A DNA stretch of 64,000 bases. Source: Phoronis australis (Eukaryota; Animalia; Phoronida). Of the stretch, positions 38,101 to 53,100 are shown piece by piece; positions within the stretch are counted from its first letter, which is position 1, and every line of letters starts with the position of its first letter. The position numbers were made by a program, and so were the translations under genes. Location: contig NMRA01000461.1 of assembly GCA_002633005.1 (NCBI GenBank), forward strand, positions 232,864-296,863, given 5' to 3'. The notes beneath the pieces are model-generated. The model was not told the DNA's origin and searched no databases. It saw only the letters and a program-made list of their open reading frames with translations.

Positions 38101-41100
38101 GATTGTGCAAGAACGAGCTGCCCAACAACAGTCGTGTATGTTAGGTTAACTCTGATTGGTTTAAATTTAGAACGTTCTTAAGGTATTTTACGAGCGTAAT
38201 TTACGGCGACATTTCCCCCATTTTAGTAGCTGATATCGTTTTCCTGGCAACATTTTTAAGTTTTAATCCTGTTCCGAGGGGTTGAATCCTTGAACCCCCG
38301 TATACACGCCTCTGATTACATCAATACTTTTATTAACCGCGATTTAGAAAACGCTGAAAACAATTTTAAGTATACTTTCCCAAATGTAAATGTTTGCAAA
38401 AACCAACCCCTCGCAAACGACGCTTGCCTCGTTATCATCGCCAACCATTAAATCCCCAATGTTTCGATCAATCTTATACAATTTCCTGAAATGATGTTAG
38501 CAGACTACACCATAACATGTATTTTAAATTACAATGTAGCTTTCAACACAATGGTGCGACACTATCAATCAAAACTTGATGCCGAGGTTCATACTCTCTG
38601 TGTTTCTGACAACTAATTTCCTAGAAATGGTACAAAACAATATACCTTAGCTCCATCAAATGCACTTACACGTTGAAGAAGCCTAAATCACCGTTGCTGC
38701 TACCGATTGAAGCACGAAATTCATAATTAGCTGAGCATTACTTGACCCCTGAACTTTTCGATTACGTCACATCAAAAAAATCATTAATTTAATTTCTGCG
38801 TTTATNAAAAATCATTAATTTAATTTCTGCGTTTATTTCTTATTTGAAAGTAAAAAAATGGAGCGGAAGTACTTGAAATACCAAATTAAAATTGTTGATA
38901 ACCGAATTTGCGTAAAAGGTTTAAATCTAACAATAAAACGAAGCATTGCATCCTATACAGTCTTCACAAAAATCTCTTTTGCAGTGCAACCAACGTGTGG
39001 AAGTAATGGAGAGAAGAACAGTCAAACGCCGTAATTTTCTACACTCTGCAAAACACACAGTTCCTGAAATAAGAGAAACACCACTTTTTGGCACAAAATT
39101 TATATTTTGGCACTGACATTACCTACTCGTCACTATACAAAAAGAGCTGGGGTTACGTTGCGCAACTGCTCGATATTCGCGATAAGGTTTTGCACTGAGA
39201 ACAATGACAGTGAACTCTCTGGTTTAACATTTTGCCAGAGATTCCCTGATGTCTCCATTACGAACTTACCTGGGAAACATTCGTTTAGCATTCGCGTTAT
39301 GATGCGTGGAATTACGTGATCTTGCTTTCTCCCAAGAAACTTGCACTGCAGAACGCACTCCGACGTTATCCATTCGTTAGTAATTCCTCTACAAGTTTCT
39401 ACCAAACGTAACTAATGATACTGCCAAGCTAATAAACTTCAGTCATCTACTGAATGATTTTTATTGCAGAGGGACACAGTTGGCGACGATGGTGAAGAAC
39501 ATGACGGTGGGAAGGCTGTTCGTGCAGCTGGTGAGGCACCGATGAGTCAGAGTGCAGTAGCTTGTGTACCAATAATTTGCCTCAAAAACAAATTGAGAAA
39601 ATTTGCTCCAGGCCAGAAAGGTCGCGTTTGCGCACCAACGAGCCACGTTGCTATGATGTTGCTGCTGCATTTCCACTCGCAATTAAACACAAATTGGAAT
39701 CATGTATATTGTTTTCAAGAACAATTGTGACTCACTCTTGTTATAAATGAACCCTTTTATGTTGTTTTCACATCAAATCGGTAAACAATAGATTGAGGTA
39801 GTCAAGAAATGCCACAAAAATACTGATCGTTGGAAGTGTACCCAGACTGCAAGGTTCTCAGCAAGCACAATGTTGGCTAATCATTTTGTGTTTTTAAGGC
39901 AACAAGAAGCCAATTGTGAGCTTCCGCTCGCTCCTTACAAGATGTTTCGGAGCTGTACTAAGCATACATGTAGCTCAAAGCGAAAGCATAATGTCATGAG
40001 TATTATACTTGTAGTTGCTGTTACCAGTTGGACAGTGGCGCCTCTCTGTTAGTCAGGACAAGGTATTTAGTCCTGAAGAGTAGCCTGTGTTACACATTCG
40101 TCTCTAGCGTGGGCGCCTTGTGTTGATGGCAGCGAGGAGCCAGCATAGGTCCAGTCACCGGTTCCATTCAACAAGTTCATATAAAGATGCTATATCTACA
40201 AAAAACTGTGAATGATGTTCCCCTACTAGTTGATTTCCATGTCTATTTAATAATGCATCTTATTGGTCTCGACAAATTCGTTTGTAGTAGTTTGGAATGG
40301 TGGGATCTGTTATGACTTCTTGAGAACGAAATAATGGATCATAAGGGAAACTTGCCCAGAGATATACTGTAGGACGGCAATAAGTTATGTTCATCATCAA
40401 GCGACATCCTGTGATTCGTAGATGATGGGAACTATCACGTTTAAATCATTTCCTTTAACTCGTTATAACGTAGGTATGGAAATACGAACTACTTTACTTT
40501 TTGACACATATTATCACTGAAGGCAACAGTTGATGTGCTTTTGCTGTCTCTACATACTGTACTGTGACATGTATATTTAATTTCATGAAGCCAACAAGCG
40601 CCCCGAGAATAACCGCATGTGGTAAACCGTGGTGTATATCGACGCTTTGGGTTGTGTAATTTCATGCTGACCCTGTAGAACAGTTGAGCGTTACGCAAGC
40701 ACAACAGTGTAATTTTGGGATATTTTGACGATAAACTGGTTAAGTATCAGTTCTTTAAAGCACATCGTCTTTAGCATGAACATCCTAAACAGTGGTACCC
40801 AATCATTGCTTGGAATTTTCAGTCATGTCTTGAAAGGTTAACTGTGTATTAAGAGCCCCTGAACCATTTTTACAAAATAACTAGACACAAAATTGAGCAA
40901 CTTTTGCATCGTGATTTTTCATTTTCATTCTTTCTTGTCCTAAAAGTGACCATGCATTCAATTTTGCTCAGGGAGAACGGTGCTATAGGTCTATGTGTTT
41001 CACCGAGCATCATTAAACTTTCATTTGCAGAGGACCAGATCTCGTGCACATTTGACGACGGTCACCTCTGTGGGTGGAAACAGGCTACTGATGACGATTT

Positions 41101-44100
41101 CGACTGGACACCACATTCCGTATGTCATTTGTTACACCGAATGTTCCTTGCCACAAGAACCATGCATCAGCTTCTTTGCCCACTGATACGCCGTAAAACG
41201 TAACAGCTATTACATTTTACGTCTTTAGTACATTTGCGTTTCTGAGCCTCTCGTAAAATGTAACAAGTTGTTACATATTACGTCGAATGCACTTGAGAGA
41301 AATGTACCATTGATATATTTTACGAAACCAAATTCATATTACAAATTAAGCAACTGACCAAAGTCAAGAACAAGTGCTATCTGATGTTGCCGGAGGTACA
41401 CTAGTATTTTTAGACGAAGGGTTCCGCCGGATACTATCCGTTTAAAATGTGTGCTCGGACAAAAAATGAAACATTTATAGACTAATTAGGTGTAAAAATC
41501 ACATTTTGACACTGTTATGTTCCAAAAGTTTAGAAAAAAAGCGGCCTTTTAAGGAGTATCTTATCGAAATCTTCACCTGGAGAGTATTTTTGGATTAAAA
41601 AAATGAAAAACACCCTTTTGGGCGGCACTAATGCTCTTCTATAGGAAGGCCCTCGGGGCTCACACGGCGTAATCCTGGCTACAAAATATCATTTTTATTG
41701 CTATTACTCTTACATTACTATTGCTAATATTGGTGTTATTGCTACCAATAACAAGATTTCTACAGTTAACTCTATTACTGCTTCCACTGTTATTACTCGT
41801 TATCGGTATCGTTATAATTATTACAATTTTTGAATTTATTTATCGAGGACACGGTGCATTATACATAATACTGCTTTAGTAAAGTGCTTATACATCATGA
41901 TCCTCAAATATTTTAAAAACATCTCATTGTTCTTACCGGGCTTCCCATAATGAACAGCGAGTGCCATTTCAAAAGGATTTTAAAGGGCATCCTATGTTCA
42001 GCCTTAACAATATTCTAAGAAACTTCTTGAAAGCTGTGGATGTAGACTAGGCGTAATTTTTGGAAACGAGGAGGTTGTCACTTAAAATGTAATTTAGACT
42101 TGTGCCATTTCCAAAATTGGTTATAATTTCTGAACTGTCGTTAAGCACGGCATTGTTTGGAAATATGACTACATCCTTCTGCAGTTTGCCAAGGAGAACT
42201 GCATTCAGACTGTATTCCTTTTCTTGCAACTTACATCTAAACGTGAGGATACCTACTGTGTTATCATTTGTGTCTCTTGTTGAAAATATTACTTTGCAAA
42301 GAACTTGGTCTCGTTCCCCGATGATTTTAGGTTTAAAAATTGCGTTAAGTTGAACTCTGGAGGCAGACATTTTTCCAGAAATAGCAATTAGTCGGCTATG
42401 ACTGCGGTCACCAGGTCAATAGAAAAGCTGGTAAAGGGCATACAAACACGAAACAATTTTATCTGGAACGGGCTCCAAAATTCTTAGAACTCACTAATTT
42501 AACTGAGTAATTTGAACTAATTTTCAGAGAAAGAAGGTTGTATGGAACAAAACGGCCAACGCCGAAGTCAGCGAAGTTTAATGTGCGAAATTTATGCGAT
42601 GTAGTATTATTATACCAAATTCCTTGTAAACGTAGCTGCCTACAACCACTCGAACAATTGACAGAGAGCTCCAACGAATCATGAAGATACGTGGCCCCAC
42701 GTCCATTAATACTAGTTTGTGCAATCTTGTTCTTTATATATATGTGCTTACGACTAACAAATATTGAGTAATTGGCAATTTTAATTGACATTTTGTCTTA
42801 AAGTATAACAGAAATAGAAAGTGCATGTTTTTGTAGTCCGCAAGGTCTACAGTGAGCAATTTTTGGATGATTACCCCTTTAAACTGTCGACCTAGACCCG
42901 GTTTGAGCAAAATGTCGATGTTCTTTCAGTGTGGCAAAAAAATTTTCTTTCCCCATCTATATATCCCATTTTTACGTATACACGTACTGGTTTGATCTGT
43001 TGTTAATACCACTATTTCAGACAGGTTAGACATCATAGGAACAATGATATTTCTTTCAGCATTTAAAGCTGTTTAAAACACGTTACTATGCCGCCACTTT
43101 TTCAAACTTTGTCTCACCCTCCTCAAAGGCGGTCTTTAGCTATTGCTCTGATGAAATTTGCAAACCTCTCCACAAATAAATGCGTGATTTTATTTCTGTC
43201 CACCACAATGATTTAAGACTAAGCTAATAAAAAGAACACGTCGGCATGAGAAAATTTGCTGTTGCTCCTTTTAGGTGGAGCATTAGGGGTGGCTCTAAGA
43301 TAAATAAAAGCTTTCTTGAAATAAGTCAAACTGAAACGGTTTTTTATACTGGCTTAAGTAAATCAAACTATCATAGACTAAAACGGGTGTGTGTTCTATC
43401 GGAAATTCCGTGAAAAATGGTTATTGTGGTTTGTTACCGAAGAAGTGCGCTAAATATTAGCCAAGACACGATATCATTGTTGTGCTTGCCAAGGGAAGTT
43501 TGTTTACTGTAATGCCGGATACACACTTGGTTTTTGAGCGCCAACAAAAGACAGGAAGAACATTTTAACAATAAAAATTTGTTGCTGATCATAGAGACTC
43601 TTTTCGTATGGAGTTGAGACTGTATGGGGTACATTTTTGACTATATCAAGAAACTAATCATATTAAAAAAGACAATGCAAAGCACCTAGGGATACATATT
43701 GAAATTCGAGCGGTGACATTTGATAGAATTCTATTCAAACAATCCAAGGAAGAAGGCGTTAAGTGTGTCAGCCGTTTTCCTCTATGTGACAAATACCATG
43801 CAAACTCGTGAAATATGACGCCACTTTCGTAAAATATAACAATGCTACAGATTTCCCCCATGTGTAGTCGACGTAAATTGTAAAGTTACATAACTTGTTA
43901 CATTTAAGGAGTGTTCTAACAACGTAAAATATAAAGAAAACGTAAAATGTATCAGTTGCTACATTTTACGAAAACGTTACTTTTTACGGTGTAGCAGTGC
44001 ACATGTCACGGGAAAGTGAAAGCTTCAAACGCCAAATTAGCGCAAAGCAAATGGACGGATTACGTCTTTTGCTGCAAGACAACATCTAGTTTCTTATTCA

Positions 44101-47100
44101 GCGTCTATTATAAACGAATGATGCTATTCTAAAGTATTTTCGTCAACTAATTACAATAAGCATGAGCATTTCAGCACTTGAGCACCGTTTCCACCACGTG
44201 TCTCGCAATTGTATCCTTCTGCTCCTGATTCATTCTCCTAAAGGAAGCTTCATTGTAACTTGAGATATGTTTCAATATAGCAGGTATAGTATAGTAGTAT
44301 GGTTAAAGTTAACGGACATAGTTTTGCGTTTTGTTCAAGTATAAATCCCATGGACAATTCAAATAGTATAAGCCTCATTTTACCTGGCTTGAGAATTTGG
44401 AATCCCTGTCTCTCTAAAAGTCCATGTGTTCAACCGTTATTAGCGAGTCGGCGCTCAAGCGAACAAGTACATGTATGTTTTCTGATCTCATGGCAGCACA
44501 TTTTGGAATGATACGCGTGCTTCAAGTCGATTGAACCACCGTTTTTTCTAATCAGGTCTCAATACTAGCAATTGACCACATGCCTACGTGTACATAAGCA
44601 GTGATTATCACGGTCGAATTCAATAACATTCTTGCGTCGAGAATTATGCAGCAAAAGTCACATGTTATCCTTGAAATTACAAGGCGGTTTCTTGCGGAAT
44701 CTCGCTTTTCTAGCAATGAACTAGCGTCCCCGAATTCCACCTACTGTAGCTCATCGCAAGCGAATGATGCGTCGGGGCTATACGTAAACTCTCACGATTA
44801 CAAAGGGAATAGTGACGTGCTTCTGACGAAAGTTGGGACAAAACAATTGAGAATAATTGGTGACCGAGTACTTGTGCCAATGATGTAAGATATAGGCGTG
44901 TTTGCTTGAATGCATCATTTGTCTTTAATCTGCTACAGTTGGGCCACACCTCGATTTGTACAAGAGTAAAAACTCTAGTTTAATAACACCTTTCAGCTTT
45001 CCTGACCTGGGAAAAACCTGCATAGCTTAGTGATACAGCCAACCTTATTCTCAAGGCACAAGACAAATTCAATTGGTACAATATTTGACTTTTTGGTGGA
45101 TCATTACAGGATACGGCTACAGAAATGAAACACTCGGGGCTAGAAATCAAACCATTGCGCTTGAAATCACAATCGAAATGGTCTTGGCATTTCCGTACTT
45201 CTTCTTTTTAAGTTATGGTACAACAGCTCTCTTGGCACGTATAGTACATTCTGCCGAATGTTTGCTTTTTGTCAAACAACTATCTGATAGTAGAGATATA
45301 CTGTGGCCTAAAAATGACATCGCGCGCTTCTTTTTTAATTATTCCAGGATATCAATATCGCGACTTAATTACCTCGGAATCCCGACTTAAAGCCTACATG
45401 ATGTAACTTATGTTCACCGTTAAGTGAACACTACAACTGTACGTTGAGTGCGTAAGCCTACGTAACAAGCCAAACACCGAACTTGTGATATTGAAGTATT
45501 TAAACGTTATCTATATTTTTAAGTAAATCCAATTTTGAGTTACTTTGATATTCGCCATGAGCTACTGGTTCATGGTTAATCCAAATCTTTCTAACCCTTT
45601 CCAGGGCTCCACGCCAACCAAAGGCACAGGTCCTAGCGGAGGCGATCAGGGCACTCCTTACATTTACGCAGAGGTATCCAACCTAAAAGAAAAAAGGGCC
45701 AAAACCACGATATACACGGACTACTTTGCACGTAAGTGACGGAATATCTAAAGTTGAATTCCCTAAACATTTATTGCCGAAACAAAATAGATCGAAATGC
45801 TTCTTTTAGCCCTATCAATCTTATGGTGACGGATGTGATCAGCACATATTGGGGGTTGCGAACTAAATTGATGAGGTTAAGTTTGAGATAGAGTTGCCAT
45901 TCCTTAACCTGTTCTCGGTCGACTCACTTAACGTACGCACATATGCATTAACGCGCTAAGATAAAGCGTGCAGAATATTGTTATTTACGTTCTACATAAT
46001 TGGGGTGCATTGCTATCAAAATTCGTAGTCAAATTACGATCATCTTTTAGAAAATTGTGCTGAAATCCCAGGGCGAAATCTCGCCGTCAGATGCGTAGCT
46101 GCCGGTCTTGCTATCGTCGATGGGGCTTGAATTGTCGAATAAGAATACAGGTTCGACTCAACAAATTACCTGAAATCCTCCTCAAATTTTCCAAATAGCG
46201 TGTCTAAGATTTTTAAATTCTTGTCTGGATTAACTGCAGGTTAAGTCCAAATCTGCGCTAGATTGTAGCCCGCAACACGAGAAAAAATCTCTGGAGGAAC
46301 AAACATGTTGTTGTCACGTAACTTTGTTTTGAAGTCTGTATGCGTGTGTGTGAGAGTAAGTGTGCGTGTGCTTGTCATCAGAGTTCATTTGCCAGAGTAA
46401 ATGCGATGTAATCATCTAGGTGTGCATTGTATCCAAAGAAATTAACTCAAGCTGTTAAGCAGAGCATGATTTAATATTAAGCTTAACAACTTACTGGACT
46501 AATCTGCTAAAAAACGTTCGAGAATTGTTTCGGTAAGACCGATATGACTCACTGAGTCACTGGGTGACTGGATGCGTGACGGTAGTGTAGCAGCTATTTT
46601 CTGGAAAATTCGGGGTGTAAGGGTGCGAATGTGTTCACTATCAGTGGGTCATTTTGACTTTAAATACACCATTAATGATTAGTTAAATATTTTCTCTTAA
46701 AAATAATGCAAAAGTTTTCTACGGTATTAGAAACTTTCGCAAATTAGTGCCAATATTTTTTCTTGCCGATGCTATGTTACCCGTTTCATGAATAGATAGC
46801 TTCCGACTAAAAGTCTTAGATGACAGCCGGTACATTATGCAGCGCGCTTTTCTTGGCCGCGTGCTAACACTGGTCGACTTTTTGTATTAGTCTTCGATTC
46901 ACGATTTTCACGTGTACAAAGAAGTTTGGATTCCTGTTGAGGCTGGTGAAGATCTGTACAGAAAGGAAACAATGCAATCCCGTTGACAAGTACGCTGCGT
47001 CTGTTTTCAAAGTCCAGACCCGCGAAGTGGGGCACATCCCTCGCAAGAGCAACAAAACTTTTGCGTTCTTTTTGCATCTCGGCGTAAGTTTGAAGTGTAT

Positions 47101-50100
47101 ATGGACATAACGGTGAGGCTCGTGGTCTACAAATTCAGGCGTGCGTTCAGTAGACGCTATGACCTACGCTAGGACCTAGCTAAAACCTATTCAAAGTCAC
47201 GTGTTTTTATTTAAAATACACGGCAATATCTCACGTAATCTCGCGAAGTCTTGCTTTTTAGCGAGGTCCTAGCGTTACTGAACGGGAGGCAGGACTGTCG
47301 GATCTTTCAATTGACAAATTGTAGACGTTAGAACTGTTGGTAAGGCATTTTTCGCATGTAGTTCATGTGCTGGGCGCTTACTTTAGCAAAGTCTGAAAAC
47401 GCGTTGGGGCACTTTTTGGGGCACGGTCGCTCATTATGGCGAATAGCGGCAGAATTACGTACAACAGCGTAGTTTAATACACACAAATCACACGTCGTGC
47501 AAACCAATCGGCCATTCCATATGCCCTAATCAATCCCACTAGCCTTTTTGCACCCTAATTTCCGGACATACGCAGTAGTTAAATCGATTCGGTTGCAACT
47601 CCGCTATTGTAAAGCAATTTTCCAACATACACTACAAACAAACAAGTTAAAACAGAATATTTCGAGAGCCCATCATGTCAGGACCATCCTCGGAATATTG
47701 GAGAACGCGTTACAAAATTGCCACGGCTAACGTGTTGCACCTTGCCCCAGTGTTCTCTGTAGAAAATATAATGCTCGTTCTGGAATAAATGAACAATGCA
47801 GAACCTGTATACGATGCGTATTATCGACATTATCGGATATATCTTTTAGCAACGATTAAATGACTTTAATCATATCGTACTGGGATCAGGGACAAACACG
47901 TATTTTTCCACTCCTTGGTGTGAACATCCGATATAACAACAGAATATACCACATATTCGGGACCGTTGTGATGTCTACTGCCATGATTCAATTTAAATCG
48001 TGATTGACTCGGAGATATGGGGAGTGGAAGTACACGCATTGCACCTATTCACCCTTTCTCCGAGGTTTTTATAACGCAATATCGATACGTAACTGAATGT
48101 CGACAGTATTCCAAGATAAGTGTATCCTTGTTGTTCTACTATGGTACATGTACATGACTTTTTATTGAATTCAACGTGTTTTACGTAGTGAAAGTTACAA
48201 TCAATGATTTCTCAATCAAGAATAAATACACTGTAGCACGTTCTCTTACTGGGCAGTTTTTGACACCAGCCTGTTACTTCTTCATGACAAAGGTGAACGA
48301 TATCGTGATATCATGATATTTTTGAAACATGTGGCAGTAATTGGCATGATGCACACGTAATGGTACATATATGATTAGCGCTGAAGTTTTGGCAATTGCC
48401 AGATGAAACTTGAAAATAAAACTAGTTGGACCTGCTTCGGTGTACTGAAGAAAAACATCCCAAGAAAGACTTTAGAAAGAGTATTACCGGGAAAATATTA
48501 ACGTAGGAGAAGTTATTATTTCAGAAGTCGGTCGGTTAATAAATACTGTGGCACGCGTGTTTTCCGTAGAGGCGTGTACCACGTAAAGTCGTCACCTATC
48601 ACGTCAGCTTTCTTTACGAGATTTTTGCTTGTAAAGAACTTAATCCAGCCACAACGGAGTGAAGGAAATATATCAGTTGGTATAAGAAGTAACCGACATG
48701 ACTGTTGCAAGGTACGCTGTCGTGAGGTGAGAACGGTTGGTTCCAGAACTGACCAACAGGGTTGTCAGTATGGGACGTCAAAACATACAGCTTGTAAAGC
48801 AAACGAGACGTTAGGATGCTAATCACCGGTTAATTACAGTCATTTCCTCATCGAGAGCGCTTCCTTAGCTGCGCGTCGTCCTTGTTAGTGTACTTCAATT
48901 AACAACTGTTTAACCTATGTTAAATAATCTATTACTTACTGAATTGTATTATTCTCTGTCCATCCACACTACCGAAAAAACTCATCATAAACGAACCCCA
49001 AGGTCTATTCTCAGACACGACACAATGATTATACCTGAATCATGGCCAAGGACCCTGCATTTGTGGCACGGTCACACCGACTGTAAGGACAGCGATTTTC
49101 ACGGATATTTGAAGCAGTCCTGCTTAAGCAGGGCAATCATTTCACTGATTTTCTTGAAGTTTTGATTTAAATTTTTCTTTTCAGCTGGTGAATATTCTTT
49201 CTCCTTCAAATGGCATATGTTCGGTAAACCACTTATGGGGAAATTAAGGCTGAGTATGGTGTCGAAGACTGGTAGTGAGACCGTTTTATTTCGAAAGTCT
49301 GGTAACCATGGCGACCTATGGCAATCGTCTGAACACAACTTTACGGCTACCGAAGACTCTAAGGTAGATATTATGCTCAGTATCTAAGGGAATATACTGT
49401 ATAAACTGAGCTCGTTGAGAATTGCACCCCCCAACAGCGTTCTCGTACTTAACAACTTATTTGAGAGCAGCCTTAGAGCATTTCTGATTGATTATCTGGA
49501 CGTATTGTTGAAGAGCAGTTCCGTGTTGGGTATGCCTTTGCGGAGCTTTTGTTTCCCAAACTGAGCTGGCTATCGAAGCCTACACGTGAACATACCGCCT
49601 TTGTTTTGCCAAAACTTACATATAAGACGATTTAATTTGCCCATGTAGCTGTTTTATACAGTGCTTTCTAAGAAAGGTAGCGACATGTGTTAGGATTGAT
49701 ACTGGAAACATTAAAAACATTGTCATCTGCTTACACTTGAACCCATGTCAGCCGCCGGATAATTTACCTATCGCAAGCTCCGCCCCCTTGCGTAATGGCG
49801 ACTAACAAACAATAAGTTTTACCCGGCCACGTGTTGTCTGCCGAATAAAATGACGGCTTGAACACGAAGGTAATTCTAAGTGATCGGTTAAGCCGTCACT
49901 CAAAATCCTGGCAGGCTATGCATAATCGTGTTGAAGAGGGTGGGTGAGACAGCGACACCCTCGGTGATGCGAACCACCACACTTACACCATTCAGACAAG
50001 CTGTCACAGATTGACTTCCGAGTATGTTTATGATCCACCTGGTATGACACCTGTTCAAATGAAGGCAAAGATGGCAAATTGTGTATTAAAAACCGCCACC

Positions 50101-53100
50101 CGTTCAGTAACGCTAGGATCTCGCTAAAAAGCAAGACTTAGGTCACGTGAGACATTGTCGTGTATTTTAAATTAGATTGCGTGACTTTGACTAGATTTTA
50201 GCTAGGTCCTAGCGTAGGTCCTAGTGTTATTGAAAACATGCCCAAACTTTCCGATCTGGAAATTAGGTGATGTAGAGCACTTTCCGTAGAGAAGCCCGGT
50301 ATATAAGCGTACTGAATTACATCAACCCTTTCTCAAACATCGCGTTAGGAAGTTTGTCAACTTTGAACAAGTTCCTTGCCTCCCACACAACGTTAACTGC
50401 CGCACGTGCATACATGTGCTTCTTGTTTGTATCGACTCCAAATTTGAAATGTTACAGCTCGTCATCACTGGATCGAAGCGCGTTTTTAAGCAAGGTGACA
50501 TCGCCCTGGACACATTTGTGATGAAAAAGCTGGGTGACTACAAGTTGGTTCTGTCATGCGACTTTGAAAACGACCGCCTGTGCAGTTACTTGTCGGATAA
50601 GAGAGGGTACTTTTGGGTGACAGAAAGTGTGAGTTGACTAACCCCCGATTAGCTAATAATCAAGCGACTGTCATTTTGGAATGCTGTGCCAAACGCAAGT
50701 CACTTGTACTGCAAAATCCTGAGCTGCTTTTCAGTGGATTTTAGATATCAGTTTGGGCGTGCTACCTAAAGTCTCTCACGAAATGATTTCAATCCAATGG
50801 GAAATATTGCAACATCTGTAGGTAACTGCTTGCTGACACATTAGTGATCGTCCTGACATACTCGCTAACGCTCTGGTCATCTCGGTAATATTCTCATGTG
50901 CTGCTTCATCTTGTGTTTTTTTTTAAATTTATTGGTCCATTTAAGCTACTCCGGGTTAAAAAACGAGAGTATGGTGAATTACGCATTCATCGAACTCCCA
51001 CAACTCAATGTCCGAACCGACGGGGGCGTTTTGGTAGCGAAAGGTGAGGTCAAGGGAGAATACTCCCCAAATCTAGCGAGACTGTGCGGCACATTCCGAA
51101 AAGTTCTTTCTTTCGCACTTCACCCGACAATAATGTACGCTATTGTCTGTTGCTGGTAGAGCTCATACCTCATAACAGTTAAAATAACGTGCTCGAATTC
51201 GGGCTCATTAAATCTTGCATTGGCAGGGTATTACACTTAAAGTAAAATTTTTACAGAGATTAGTAGTGTGTTATGACAAGTTTGACATCCTTTTCAAATA
51301 AAATCAGGAGTGCCGTTACTTGTACCCAAAATATTCGTGAAGGACTTGGTTCATATTTACACTTATTCAGCAAAAATGACTTCTATTTGATCATTCAACG
51401 TCATCAACCTCTCACGTTAATGTCTGCCGTTTTGGTAGCACATAAATATCGCGGAACATCTACCTTAAAATAGTACGGTAATAGCGTGTACTTGAGGCAT
51501 ATTCAGTCTACAAAGTGCACCCTTGTGAGCGCGGTCTGACCTCCAAAGTAGATCTGGAGACGAAAATCTTAATTGAAAATTCGTGTTCTATTTTACATCG
51601 TACTTAATTTAAGTGTAGTATTCTTTTATCGAATTCGTTATTATCTAGGTACAGTTGTACTCAGGTAGAACTGAGCGGTATTAATTGATTCAGAGTTAGA
51701 TGTCCGAAATTAAACCCCAAACCCAAGTCCTTAAAGGCTTGCACATGCACCAGGTGAGTAAAGTTAGATATTTACACTTCTCCAATGTGTATTACAATGC
51801 TAAATGTGAGACATCATTTCAGTGGTTTTGTCGAATAAAACCTATGGTCACGTAGGAGACTTCTGCCCTTACTCTTCATAACATCATGTATCCTTTTGGT
51901 TTCCCCAAATTTCCTTTTTAGATAACAATTAAGGGTGAATACAGAACGTGTCCAGATGACAGCTAAAATTAAAAATTTACACTAGTAATATCATACTTCA
52001 CACCATTTCCACATAGCTAGGCCACAACAAAGTATATCTTCCTATGTTTAAAGTAGTAATCTACGAGAAACCTTTATCGGTACGAAAAACGAACGTCCAT
52101 TTATAATAGTTAAAGTTTGCTCCTTACAATATTTGTTGATCCACGTTACACCAATGCGGTGGAGAATTCTTCACTTCTTGCCTTCTCAAAATTTTGTTGT
52201 TGAAACGCTAGTCGATTACCGCACAACACCATATTTACCCGGATGTACAGTTGCAATATCAGCCAATGTCCATTTTCTTCTAGGAGTGTCTGACCACATA
52301 ACCAAAAGAACATCTTCCATGTCAGTGTTGCTTCCCTTGTTAAACTAATTCTGTCGTGAGTGAAGACTGGGAATCGGCCAACAAGTGCCCTGACCAGTTA
52401 CTGGACCCGACCATATATTTTGGTCTTCCCTTAAATGAGTCTAGGAAATGTCTTCAAAATGTCCACATCAGCCTGAGGGGTCATCACCCTGAGCATTTAT
52501 GTCAAACTACGCCAGGAGACCGCGTCATTCAGTGGAATCTTGCATTAGGTCTACGTTTCTTTCCATCATCACAGAAAACCGGTGGCACTGAAAGTTGAGA
52601 GAAATTCCTACTTTGTTGTACTCGGCAATTACCTATTGCAAGCTCATCCCCCTTCCGAAATGACGACTAACAAATGATGAGTTTTACCCGGCAGCGTGTT
52701 TTTGCCAGGTACAATTGAGACTTGGAAGCGAAGACGTGTCAAAAATGCTGCGTTCTGGTTAGTCACTTATACCGTCACTCAAAGTCCTGTTGGACGGCCA
52801 ATCACGTGTACTTACAAGATTAATAGGGTATGCTTTATGACCTTGGACAAATGACTCAGCCGTGCGATTAACTGCAGAAAGATTGGTATTGGGCCTCTGA
52901 AAACCGGTGTTTCTGGAATTTCGACTAAATGGGAGTTAGTTGTAAGCGGTCATGTTAATGACACCGTTATTTTTCTGTGAATTTTCCTTTTTACTGCTAA
53001 ATTTTACGAAAAAACAAGGTGCTACCTGATCCAAATACAATTACATTAACGTTCAGTCAAATCTCAAACTCTATAGTGTAATTATGGGAAACATGTTTTT

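Noticed and set aside
38776-38836. 30-bp direct repeat
   Set aside because: Centred on an N; contig-join artefact
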